64,000 bases of DNA from IMG/VR virus record IMGVR_UViG_3300020042_003898, positions 1,037 through 65,036 of that record; one strand, written 5' to 3'. The notes beneath the pieces were generated by a model, which worked only from the letters and a program-made list of their open reading frames with translations, did no database searches and had not been told where the DNA came from. Source of the DNA: a virus (Duplodnaviria; Caudoviricetes). The first letter of the stretch is position 1. Every line of letters starts with the position of its first letter. The position numbers were made by a program, and so were the translations under genes. Of this stretch, positions 17,223 through 25,648 are shown piece by piece.

Positions 17223-19424
17223 ATGCAAGACCAAGTACAAAAGCAAGACTACATTGACGGTGATTGGATTTATGACATTGAGACATATCCAAATTGCTTT
17301 ACTATTAGCCTTATTCGTGCAGATGGTAAAGTCTCAAGAGTATTCGAGATCTCGGATAGAAAGAATGATATAGATGCCATCTTGTGTTGCTTTAGGTGGC
17401 TTCGTGACAATAATTGCAGAATGGTTGGATTCAATAATCTTGGATTCGACTATCCTATTATTCATGAAATCATGAAAGTAGCATCTAAGGAAAAAGAGAA
17501 GAACTACAGTACTTGTACACCAAAGTTTATTTGGGGACTTGCTCAAAAGCAAATTGCTTCATTCAAGGGTGAAGGCTTTGGGCATAGTATCCCTGATAAA
17601 GATATTATTATTAAACAAGTAGACTTGTATAAGATCTGGCACTTCGATAATAAAGCACGTAGTACTTCTTTGAAGATGCTTGAGTTTAATATGAAGTCAG
17701 ATAACATTGAAGACCTTCCTTTTCCAGTAGGAATGAAACTTTCTCATGCAGATATGGATATACTTTGTATATACAACAACCATGATGTAAAGATGACTCT
17801 TGACTTTTACAAGTACTCTTTAGATGCTTTGAATCTTCGTGCAGAACTGAGTGTTAAATATAATAAAGACTTTACTAATCACAACGATACAAAGATTGGT
17901 AAAGATTACTTTATTATGCGTCTAGAAGAGTCAATGAAAGGATCTTGCTATACGTATGACGCTCATGGTAAACGAAGTATCAATCAAACTAAGCGAGATA
18001 TCATTCACGTAAAAGATTTCTTGTTTGATTATTATGATTTCAAGCAACCCGCATTTAAAGCAATTCTTGAATGGTTCAGGAATAGTTCAATTACAGAAAC
18101 CAAAGGAGTCTTTACAGATGTTGAAGAGCATGAACTTGGTGACGTAGCGCAGTACTCTGAACTACAGATCAAGCGAAAGAAGTTCAAGTCTAAGCCTGAT
18201 GAAAACGACCTACAGCAGTTTAAAACAGAGCACCCTATGGGATGGGTCGAGGAAGAAGAACTAAAGGCTACAGAGTACCTCTTTGACGCTAATGGAGAGC
18301 ATATTTACTTCCAACCAGAAGATGAAGAAGGATCTCCTGACTTTACTAAGAAGCCTAAGAAGGCTAGGATTAATAAAAAGTCATACTGGGGCTGCTATAA
18401 AGTAGCAGATAGCCTTAATGTAGTTATTGATGGGTTCAGGTTTGACTTTGGTACAGGTGGTATTCATGGAAGCGTAGAATCAAAGATCATCAAAGCACGA
18501 GGTGATTGGATTATTCGAGATTATGACGTTGCTAGTATGTATCCTAATATCGCTATTTCAAACAGAGTTTTTCCTAAACATCTAGGTGAAAAGTTCTGTG
18601 ATATTTACCAAGACGTATATGAAACACGCAAAAGTTATAAAAAGGGTACTCCTGAGAACGCTGTTATGAAACTTGCTCTTAACGGAGTATACGGTGATAG
18701 TAATAATCAGTTCAGTCCATTCTATGATCCGCAGTACACAATGGCTATTACGATTAATGGTCAGTTATCTTTATGTCTTCTTGCTGAAAGGCTTATGGAG
18801 ATTGAGAAGTTAAAACTTATTCAAGTAAATACAGACGGAGTTACTGCTATCTTTAAGCAACAAGATGAAGATCAAGCAAAGCAGATTTTGTCTGACTGGG
18901 AGAAGGTTACTAAACTTGAACTTGAAACAGCACAGTACAAGCAGATGATTATTCGAGATGTAAATAATTACATTGCTGTGTACTTAAATGATAAAGTTAA
19001 GCGTAAAGGAGCGTATCAGTATGAAGATCTAGGATGGCATCAGAATCAATCTGCTCTAGTAGTTCAACGAGCAGCAGAAGCAGCAATGCTTCATGGGACA
19101 GATCCTGAAGAATTCATCAAGAACTGGAAAAACAAGTACGATTTTCTGCTTAGGACTAAAGTGCCTCGAAACTCTAGGCTTGTCATGCAAATGCAAGATG
19201 GCTCAGAAATTCAGCAGCAAAATATTTGTAGGTACTACCCTTGCAAAGAAGGTGGAAAGTTAGTTAAAATCATGCCAGCCCTTGAAGAAGGGGGAGAAGA
19301 TCGAAGGCTCTCTCTAGACAAAGAATGGAACGTAAAAACTTGCAACAATATTCTTGACTTCAAAGATGACATAGACTATGATTACTACATCAGAGAAGCA
19401 GAAAAACTTATCATCGAGGCATAG
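17223..19424 (+). CDS. DNA polymerase, family-B-type with N-terminal 3'-5' exonuclease
   Basis: Exo 'YDIETY', 'GFNNLGFDYP'; polymerase motifs 'DYDVASMYP', 'KLALNGVYG', 'QVNTDG'. Confidence 0.93.
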   Translation: MQDQVQKQDYIDGDWIYDIETYPNCFTISLIRADGKVSRVFEISDRKNDIDAILCCFRWLRDNNCRMVGFNNLGFDYPIIHEIMKVASKEKEKNYSTCTPKFIWGLAQKQIASFKGEGFGHSIPDKDIIIKQVDLYKIWHFDNKARSTSLKMLEFNMKSDNIEDLPFPVGMKLSHADMDILCIYNNHDVKMTLDFYKYSLDALNLRAELSVKYNKDFTNHNDTKIGKDYFIMRLEESMKGSCYTYDAHGKRSINQTKRDIIHVKDFLFDYYDFKQPAFKAILEWFRNSSITETKGVFTDVEEHELGDVAQYSELQIKRKKFKSKPDENDLQQFKTEHPMGWVEEEELKATEYLFDANGEHIYFQPEDEEGSPDFTKKPKKARINKKSYWGCYKVADSLNVVIDGFRFDFGTGGIHGSVESKIIKARGDWIIRDYDVASMYPNIAISNRVFPKHLGEKFCDIYQDVYETRKSYKKGTPENAVMKLALNGVYGDSNNQFSPFYDPQYTMAITINGQLSLCLLAERLMEIEKLKLIQVNTDGVTAIFKQQDEDQAKQILSDWEKVTKLELETAQYKQMIIRDVNNYIAVYLNDKVKRKGAYQYEDLGWHQNQSALVVQRAAEAAMLHGTDPEEFIKNWKNKYDFLLRTKVPRNSRLVMQMQDGSEIQQQNICRYYPCKEGGKLVKIMPALEEGGEDRRLSLDKEWNVKTCNNILDFKDDIDYDYYIREAEKLIIEA

Positions 19425-19431
19425 CACTATA

Positions 19432-19635
19432 ATGACTTCACTTTGTAAATTTACTTATGATAAAGAATTCCATTGCCTAGTAAAGAGCATAGGCGATAGA
19501 GAAGACACAAGAATTAGTCTTGACAAGGAAGATCTAGATATGCTATACTTCGATCTTTGGGTAATACTGAACGAATTAGAATACTCTTCTGTTGGTGAAC
19601 AGAATAATCAAAATCACCAAATATCAACTTTATAA
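19432..19635 (+). CDS. hypothetical protein
   Basis: same frame as track ORF 19378-19635; internal ATG after the polymerase stop. Confidence 0.5.
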   Translation: MTSLCKFTYDKEFHCLVKSIGDREDTRISLDKEDLDMLYFDLWVILNELEYSSVGEQNNQNHQISTL

Positions 19636-19646
19636 GGAAATGAAAA

Positions 19647-20252
19647 ATGGATAAATTAGTTGGAACTCTTGTTTACGTAATGCTAGACAAGCCACGTACT
19701 TGCTTTGAAGAAACAAAAGGTCAAGAATACAAATGCGGTATCGTAGTAGATGAAGATACAGCAGATACTTTTAATGAACTTTACCCAAAGCAATCTGCCA
19801 AGAAGGTTAAGGCAACTGATTTTGAGGCAGCATATAAATGCCCTCTTCCAGAAGGGGCAGGTAAGAACGTGTACGTAATTACTTTACGTAAGAATACTGT
19901 ACTAGCCAATGGAAATCCTGTTCCAGATAAGTACAGGCCACGAGTGCTAGAAAAGCAGGGCAATACTGTAGTAGACGTTACGTTCACAAAGTTACCTTCA
20001 AACGGATCTAAGGGTGCTATCAGCATTGATCACTACGAAGGTAAGATGGGGAATGTCGCTCGACTAAAGAATGTTCTAGTTACTGAAATGATTGAATATG
20101 TTCGCACTACAGCAGAATACGAAGTAGGTAGCGAGTTTGATGAAAGTCCTGTACAATCACCAAAGGCAGAACCTGCACAAACTGCACAAGAACAAAAGAA
20201 GCCTGTAGCAAAGAAGGCTGCAAAGCAAGAAGAGGATGATATCCCTTTTTAA
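19647..20252 (+). CDS. single-stranded DNA-binding protein
   Basis: OB-like core ('NGSKG'), acidic tail ending 'EEDDIPF'; located in the replication module. Confidence 0.8.
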   Translation: MDKLVGTLVYVMLDKPRTCFEETKGQEYKCGIVVDEDTADTFNELYPKQSAKKVKATDFEAAYKCPLPEGAGKNVYVITLRKNTVLANGNPVPDKYRPRVLEKQGNTVVDVTFTKLPSNGSKGAISIDHYEGKMGNVARLKNVLVTEMIEYVRTTAEYEVGSEFDESPVQSPKAEPAQTAQEQKKPVAKKAAKQEEDDIPF

Positions 20253-20261
20253 TAACTTAAT

Positions 20262-20338
20262 GTGACCGTAACTCAGTTGGATAGAGTAACGGATTTCTAC
20301 TCCGTAGGTCGGGGGTTCAAATCCCTCCGGTCACACCA
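20262..20338 (+). tRNA. trnR: tRNA-Arg (anticodon UCU)
   Basis: acceptor GTGACCG/CGGTCAC, D-arm ACTC/GAGT, anticodon arm ACGGA-TT-TCT-AC-TCCGT, T-loop GTTCAAA, encoded CCA. Confidence 0.96.
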
Positions 20339-20360
20339 TCTATAATAAGGAAACAGTTAA

Positions 20361-20597
20361 ATGGCAAAAAAATATATCGTTCAAGTACTAATTGGAATTG
20401 ATCAGTTAGGTAATGCTATCTTTGGTGGTTGGGCAGATGAAACGCTTTCTAGTAGGTCTTATCGCTTGCATCATAAGAAAGGTTGGCTGATTGCTGAGAA
20501 GTTCATCAATACTCTATTTTTCTTTGAGAAAGATCATTGTCGTATGGCATATGAAGCAGAATTAAATAGAAAGCAAACTTTTACTTTAAAAACATAA
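20361..20597 (+). CDS. conserved phage hypothetical protein
   Basis: 'DQLGNAIFGG.ADETLSSR.YR...HC..AY..E' signature. Confidence 0.75.
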   Translation: MAKKYIVQVLIGIDQLGNAIFGGWADETLSSRSYRLHHKKGWLIAEKFINTLFFFEKDHCRMAYEAELNRKQTFTLKT

Positions 20598-20607
20598 GGA
20601 GACTATA

Positions 20608-20781
20608 ATGCAAAAGAAGTGGTATTTTTCAAAGACGGTATGGATTAACTTTTTTGCTCTAGCAGCAATTTATCTACAGACAGAGTTTGGATTTATTCTA
20701 AGTCCTGAACTACAAGCCTCTGCGTTGACATTGATTAATTTAGGTTTACGTACAGTAACTAAACAAGAAGTTACTTGGTAA
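20608..20781 (+). CDS. 57-aa two-TM holin-like protein (not in ORF track)
   Basis: MQKKWYFSKTVWINFFALAA...LINLGLRTVTKQEVTW*; SD AAGGAG. Confidence 0.7.
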   Translation: MQKKWYFSKTVWINFFALAAIYLQTEFGFILSPELQASALTLINLGLRTVTKQEVTW

Positions 20782-20805
20782 TTTAAGTATAAATAAAGGA
20801 ATAAT

Positions 20806-21045
20806 ATGACTGAAAATGTAAATCAAGTAAAAACACAATCCACGTATGTTAAAGAGATGCTTGGTTGGCTTGTTCAAATTGAATCTCTTAATGAAAAGTT
20901 AAAAGAAGTAAAGGCTGAAGCAAAGGAGGCAGGTTTTAATCCTGTTATCTTGTCTACAGTAGCAAAGTCTATTGCTGCTTCAAATACTGATGAACTAACT
21001 GATAAGTCACAAAGTATTATTGACTTAATTGAAGAACTAATCTAA
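20806..21045 (+). CDS. GapR/DUF2312-like DNA-binding protein
   Basis: 'E.LKEVKAEAKEAGFNP..L..V' pattern. Confidence 0.55.
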   Translation: MTENVNQVKTQSTYVKEMLGWLVQIESLNEKLKEVKAEAKEAGFNPVILSTVAKSIAASNTDELTDKSQSIIDLIEELI

Positions 21046-21053
21046 GGAGTGAT

Positions 21054-21275
21054 ATGGATAAAAAAGAAGCATTCTTTGTTAGTGGAGCACTTAGTGTTGT
21101 TCTACTAGTTTTATTTATTCTAGTTGTATCACCTTTTATTATCATTTGGGGTCTAAATACTTTATTCCCTTTACTTGCTATTCCTTACACTTTCTGGACA
21201 TGGCTTGCTGTATGTGTACTAAACGCTACTGTCAATTCTAGTTTCAATTTAGGAAATATGTTTAAGAGTAAGTAA
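21054..21275 (+). CDS. membrane protein
   Basis: two hydrophobic helices; 'IWGLNTLFP.L.IPYTFWTW' conserved phage pattern. Confidence 0.7.
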   Translation: MDKKEAFFVSGALSVVLLVLFILVVSPFIIIWGLNTLFPLLAIPYTFWTWLAVCVLNATVNSSFNLGNMFKSK

Positions 21276-21291
21276 TTGAATTAACACTAAG

Positions 21292-21322
21292 CCCTATTGG
21301 TTAACTCCAGTAGGGTTTTTTT
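21292..21322 (+). terminator. rho-independent terminator
   Basis: CCCTATTGG/CCAGTAGGG stem plus T-run. Confidence 0.65.
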
Positions 21323-21334
21323 ATTAGGAGTTGT

Positions 21335-22321
21335 ATGAAAAATTCAGAGAAGCAAAGAATCTTATTATTCGATATGGATTTGATTGCGTATAGGTCTGCT
21401 GCTGCGGCAGAGCAGAGAAGCGTAGAAGTTATTCATAAAGCAAGTTCTAGAGTAAAAGAATTCAAGACAAGAACAGAATTCAAAGAGTTCTTATCTGAAA
21501 AGAATTTTGAATACAAAGAAGATGATTATGAGATTAAAGATATCCAAGTCTGTGAGCCTGACACTCATGCTTACCAGATTGTCAAGACTCAAGTAAATTC
21601 TATTACAGAAGGTTTAGAAGCAGACTTTACAGAATGCTACGTAGGTGGTAAGAATAACTTTAGAGTAAACCTAGAGTTACCTGAGTTATACAAAGGTAAT
21701 AGAAAAGGTATGCTAAGACCTCTGCTTTTAGATAAAGTAAAAGAATATGCTTTAAATAAATACGCAGGTGGATTGATCGAAGGTTATGAAGTAGATGATC
21801 ACGTAGTAGTTCGATCACACGAGTTAATCAAGTCAGGTCATGACCCAGTTATAATCAGTCTAGATAAAGACTGTAAAGGTTGTGTAGGTACTAAGTACTT
21901 TAATTGGACTGAAGACAAACCTAAGATTATAGAAGTACCTGCTTTTGGATATTTACTTTATAACAAAGAAAAGAAAAAAGTCGAAGGCTTAGGTCTTAAC
22001 TTTTACTGCTATCAGTTATTAAGAGGTGATCCTTCAGATAACTATACTCCTTCTGATCTGCACAAGCAGAGATTCGGTGATATGTCTGTAGTCAATTTAT
22101 TAAAAGACTGTAAGACAGTAAACGAGTTATTTACTTATAGTGAAAATAAGTTCAAAGAGTGGTTTCCAGAACCAATTACTTATACAAGTCATCTAGGTAA
22201 AGAAGTGACTAAAGATTACAAGCAAATAATTGACCTGTATCACCAATGTGCTTACATGAAACGAATTGCTAATGACAGTACTACTTTCTACGATCTCTGG
22301 GATGAGTTCAAGAATGACTAG
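21335..22321 (+). CDS. 5'-3' exonuclease (T5/T7 flap-endonuclease-like)
   Basis: 'FDMDLIAYR', 'YKGNR', 'EVDD', 'DKD', 'GDPSDN' acidic motifs. Confidence 0.88.
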   Translation: MKNSEKQRILLFDMDLIAYRSAAAAEQRSVEVIHKASSRVKEFKTRTEFKEFLSEKNFEYKEDDYEIKDIQVCEPDTHAYQIVKTQVNSITEGLEADFTECYVGGKNNFRVNLELPELYKGNRKGMLRPLLLDKVKEYALNKYAGGLIEGYEVDDHVVVRSHELIKSGHDPVIISLDKDCKGCVGTKYFNWTEDKPKIIEVPAFGYLLYNKEKKKVEGLGLNFYCYQLLRGDPSDNYTPSDLHKQRFGDMSVVNLLKDCKTVNELFTYSENKFKEWFPEPITYTSHLGKEVTKDYKQIIDLYHQCAYMKRIANDSTTFYDLWDEFKND

Positions 22322-22826
22322 TAAGCAGCCTAGATCGCTCTATACGGCATCGGATGTGAAGGAGGTACGTAGTACTCTACTTAAGCAACAAAGCGGCTTA
22401 GATGCCCTTACAGGCCTTCCTATACCTGCTGGTCAAGAAGTCTGTGATCATTGCCATACAACACAGTTAGTTCGTGGAATCCTTCACAGACAAACTAATG
22501 TAATCCTTGGAAAACTTGAGAATTTGTGGGTCAGGCATCTTGCTTGGTGGTACAATGGGACTCTATCTGAGTTTCTGAGGAAAGCAGCAGACTACTTAGA
22601 TAGAGAGCAGCCGAGAGAGTTCTACCATCCCGGTTGGATCAAACGAGCGCAGATAGATTTCAATAAACTAAAAGTACAACAGAAAGATCAGGTACTTAAG
22701 GCGATTGGTTCCGAGTTGTGTAAGAATGACGATCTTCGTAAGAAGGAATTCAAAAATAAGATCTTGACAAAGAACTTTGACTACACTACAATTCAAGCAC
22801 TTTTACAACAAACAAAGGATTCTTAA
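22266..22826 (+). CDS. recombination endonuclease VII
   Basis: 'VCDHCHTTQLVRGILHRQTNVILGKLEN' motif; likely start MTSKQ. Confidence 0.85.
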   Translation: MLMTVLLSTISGMSSRMTSKQPRSLYTASDVKEVRSTLLKQQSGLDALTGLPIPAGQEVCDHCHTTQLVRGILHRQTNVILGKLENLWVRHLAWWYNGTLSEFLRKAADYLDREQPREFYHPGWIKRAQIDFNKLKVQQKDQVLKAIGSELCKNDDLRKKEFKNKILTKNFDYTTIQALLQQTKDS

Positions 22827-23791
22827 TGAAAAGTACACCGCAACAAACAGTAGATCTAATCTTAGAACTAAAGAACCAAGGTCTTAGTTCACGACAAATT
22901 GCTGATGCACTAGACATTGGAAAGTCTACTGTCAATGATATTTATAATAAAGAAATTGATAAATTTATTGAAGCAAATATTGCTACAGATGAAGCAAATA
23001 ATGCTACAACTTCTGCTCCACGAATCGCTATTGTTGACGTAGAGACTTCTGCCGCTAAGGTTTACTGCTTCGGGCGATTTAAGCAGAATATCGGTCAAGC
23101 AAATGTGTATGAAGAAGGTGGTAAGATCCTAGTTGGTTGTTGGCGTTGGCTAGGTGAAGATAAAGTATACTCGCATTATATGACTCCGAAAGAGATTAAG
23201 TCAGGTGATGATTCTGGGGTGGTTCGTGCTTTGTATAAAGTTTATGAAGAAGCAGATGCTGTAGTAATGCATAACGCAAAGAACTTTGATCATAAAGTAA
23301 TTCAGACTAGAGGAATCTTTAACGGTGGTGGTACTCTTCCTCCTACTAAAGTACTAGATACTCTAGAGATGGCAAAGAAGAAACTACGACTTCCTAGTAA
23401 TCGACTAGATAGCATTGGTGCTTATTTCAATTTAGGTCGAAAGCAAGATAACTCTGGTATTCAACTATGGGCAGATGTTCAAGAAGGCAATAAAGAAAAG
23501 ATGCAGGAGATGGTCGAGTACTGCAAGCAAGATGTAAACTTGCTGCATGATGTTTACTTGAAACTTCGTTGTCTTGGTCATGCAGGTACGAACTTCAATG
23601 CTGGTCATTACTACGATGACAGTAAGCCTCATTGCCGAGTTTGTGGTGGTGAAGATCTTGTCATGACAGAAAAGAAGGTGTATACTGCCTTCCAAGAGTT
23701 TAATGAAATTGTTTGCTTGTCCTGTGGTGCTTCACAGCGTACTAGGTTGAATCTTACAAGCAAAGAAAAGAAAGAACTTCTGCTGAGTTAA
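22826..23791 (+). CDS. DnaQ/RNase H-like 3'-5' exonuclease with N-terminal HTH and C-terminal Zn ribbon
   Basis: 'IVDVET', 'HNAKNFD', 'DTLEMAK', 'YCKQDV', CxxC...CxxC. Confidence 0.85.
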   Translation: MKSTPQQTVDLILELKNQGLSSRQIADALDIGKSTVNDIYNKEIDKFIEANIATDEANNATTSAPRIAIVDVETSAAKVYCFGRFKQNIGQANVYEEGGKILVGCWRWLGEDKVYSHYMTPKEIKSGDDSGVVRALYKVYEEADAVVMHNAKNFDHKVIQTRGIFNGGGTLPPTKVLDTLEMAKKKLRLPSNRLDSIGAYFNLGRKQDNSGIQLWADVQEGNKEKMQEMVEYCKQDVNLLHDVYLKLRCLGHAGTNFNAGHYYDDSKPHCRVCGGEDLVMTEKKVYTAFQEFNEIVCLSCGASQRTRLNLTSKEKKELLLS

Positions 23792-23798
23792 TTTACAC

Positions 23799-23828
23799 TC
23801 CCTCTACTTAAATGTAGGGGGATTTTTT
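23799..23828 (+). terminator. rho-independent terminator
   Basis: TCCCTCTAC/GTAGGGGGA stem plus T-run. Confidence 0.7.
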
Positions 23829-23846
23829 ACATCTTATGGAGATCTT

Positions 23847-24014
23847 ATGACCATAAAAATAATTAAATGCAAGGACGTACTTATGTGGTATAGTTCAATG
23901 ATAGGGGAACTAATGTATGTAGTTAGAGAAGACAAAGAGTTCTTCTGGTGCAGAGAGCCTGATGGGTATTTGAATATAGTAAAAAAAGAAGACGCTGAAA
24001 TAACTAATGATTAA
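23847..24014 (+). CDS. 55-aa hypothetical protein (not in ORF track)
   Basis: MTIKIIKCKDVLMWYSSMIG...WCREPDGYLNIV...; SD GGAG. Confidence 0.6.
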   Translation: MTIKIIKCKDVLMWYSSMIGELMYVVREDKEFFWCREPDGYLNIVKKEDAEITND

Positions 24015-24540
24015 TTCAAAAGGAGATAATATGGGAACTGGTACTATTTACGATTACAATTTTCAGGATTTTGCAGAAGACTGTTTTGCATTTAATGAAA
24101 TTGCAGATAAAGATACAGTACGTACAAAACAAGATCTTCGTAATCAACTAAACTTGATTAAAGAAGAACTAAATGAAACAATTGCTGCTCTTGAAAAAGA
24201 TGACTACGTAGATGTTGCAGATGGATTCTGTGATATCATGGTTACTACTCTTGGTCTTGGTCAGCAACTGAGTAATCTAAAAGTAGACATCTATGGTGCT
24301 ATGCAAAGTACTGCTATAAATAATCATAGTAAGTTTGTTTATTACGACGATGATTCAGACTTCACAATTAAAAAGTCACTAGAAAAGTACAGGAGCGACG
24401 GTATTACTATTCTTGTAGAATTTAACACAGATTATAATTCATTTATCTTGAAAGATATTAATAACAAGATCCGAAAACCTTATGGATTTATTTCAAATAA
24501 TTTAGATAGGTTTGTTCCAGAAATTAAACTAGAGGATTAA
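24007..24540 (+). CDS. MazG-like / PRA-PH-type nucleotide pyrophosphohydrolase
   Basis: 'LIKEELNE', 'DVADGFCDIMV', 'NNHSKF', 'KIRKP' motifs; likely start MGTG. Confidence 0.75.
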   Translation: MINSKGDNMGTGTIYDYNFQDFAEDCFAFNEIADKDTVRTKQDLRNQLNLIKEELNETIAALEKDDYVDVADGFCDIMVTTLGLGQQLSNLKVDIYGAMQSTAINNHSKFVYYDDDSDFTIKKSLEKYRSDGITILVEFNTDYNSFILKDINNKIRKPYGFISNNLDRFVPEIKLED

Positions 24541-24541
24541 G

Positions 24542-24937
24542 ATGCAAAAAGGAAGAAAATTCGATTCAGAAAAACCAAGGTATTCTCTTATTCCTGCTAA
24601 GGCTTTAGATGAAGTTGTTCATGTTTTAACTTATGGTTCAAAGAAGTACGAAGACTTTAATTGGAAGTACATAGACAAACCAAAGGATCGTTTCTTCTCT
24701 GCTGCACAGCGTCATGCTTGGGAGTGGATGCAAGGTGAAGAAAATGATAAAGAAACAGGAAGAAATCATCTAGCAAGTGCTATCTGTAATCTCATGTTTC
24801 TGCTAGAATTAGAACTTGAGAAGCAAGGTAAGAAGGAAGTTGATGATCAACCTAAAGTCAAGATTGAGACAAAGTGGCAACCTATTAAACCTAATATAGT
24901 ATTTGATAAAATAGATTTAGATGAACTTGGAATTTAA
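24542..24937 (+). CDS. dATP/dGTP diphosphohydrolase-domain protein (DUF5664-like)
   Basis: 'GRKFD.EKPRY.L.P', 'VLTYG.KKY..FNW', 'AA.RH...W..GE..D.ETG..HL..A..N..FL'. Confidence 0.88.
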   Translation: MQKGRKFDSEKPRYSLIPAKALDEVVHVLTYGSKKYEDFNWKYIDKPKDRFFSAAQRHAWEWMQGEENDKETGRNHLASAICNLMFLLELELEKQGKKEVDDQPKVKIETKWQPIKPNIVFDKIDLDELGI

Positions 24938-24946
24938 GGAGACTAA

Positions 24947-25114
24947 ATGCAACTTGACTTTTTAACTGCTGAATCAATCTTTGTAATTGGATATATCTCT
25001 GTAGTATTTATTTTATTTCTGATGATTATAATTTCTTGTATAAAAATCAGTACTAATAGTATTAAGAAGTTTATCTTAGAATATAATTACCTTGACAGTA
25101 CCAAGAACGATTGA
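24947..25114 (+). CDS. 55-aa single-TM protein (not in ORF track)
   Basis: MQLDFLTAESIFVIGYISVVFILFLMIIISC...; SD AAGGAG. Confidence 0.55.
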   Translation: MQLDFLTAESIFVIGYISVVFILFLMIIISCIKISTNSIKKFILEYNYLDSTKND

Positions 25115-25120
25115 TATAAT
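25092..25120 (+). promoter_or_regulatory. consensus sigma70 promoter
   Basis: TTGACA-17-TATAAT upstream of the nrd operon. Confidence 0.85.
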
Positions 25121-25162
25121 CTTTATTCTGATTAATTTAGTATAAGAACATAAAGGAATAAC

Positions 25163-25648
25163 ATGAAAATTTCAGATTTAAATAATACAGCAAATAAGCG
25201 ATCTACTTTACGATTAAATAAACATACAGCACCATATCAATTACAGCGAGAGTCGCTTATTGTTGCTACAGTAATTATTTCTGAGTCTGAGATTAAACAA
25301 GCAATTCCTGATTACGATGCTTCTTTTGAATCAGAAAAACCTACTTACTTCAGAAAGATCTTGTATGAACTTGGATTAGACACTACACTAACTTTTATTA
25401 GACAAGATGGGCTTTGGCATCGCAATCGCTTGAATGAAAAAGTACTATGTAGTAGATACGTAGGCGAAGAAAGACAAGATGACGATTGGATTAAGTCAGG
25501 ATACGCAAGTCAAGAAGCAGTAGATAAATACTCTAGGAATAAAATCCTAGAAGATATGTACAGAACTAAATCATTGACAAAAGATACACAAGAAGTTCTA
25601 GAGAGCAGAGATCACTATTCGGTTATTGATGAGTCAGTTTGGGAGTAA
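25163..25648 (+). CDS. hypothetical protein
   Basis: 161-aa ORF with SD, directly upstream of nrdA. Confidence 0.65.
   Translation: MKISDLNNTANKRSTLRLNKHTAPYQLQRESLIVATVIISESEIKQAIPDYDASFESEKPTYFRKILYELGLDTTLTFIRQDGLWHRNRLNEKVLCSRYVGEERQDDDWIKSGYASQEAVDKYSRNKILEDMYRTKSLTKDTQEVLESRDHYSVIDESVWE

Noticed and set aside
24542-24937. Z-base (2-aminoadenine) genome pathway
   Set aside because: A dATP/dGTP diphosphohydrolase-like gene is present, but no PurZ (adenylosuccinate-synthase-like) gene is in the window, and this domain is common in ordinary phages
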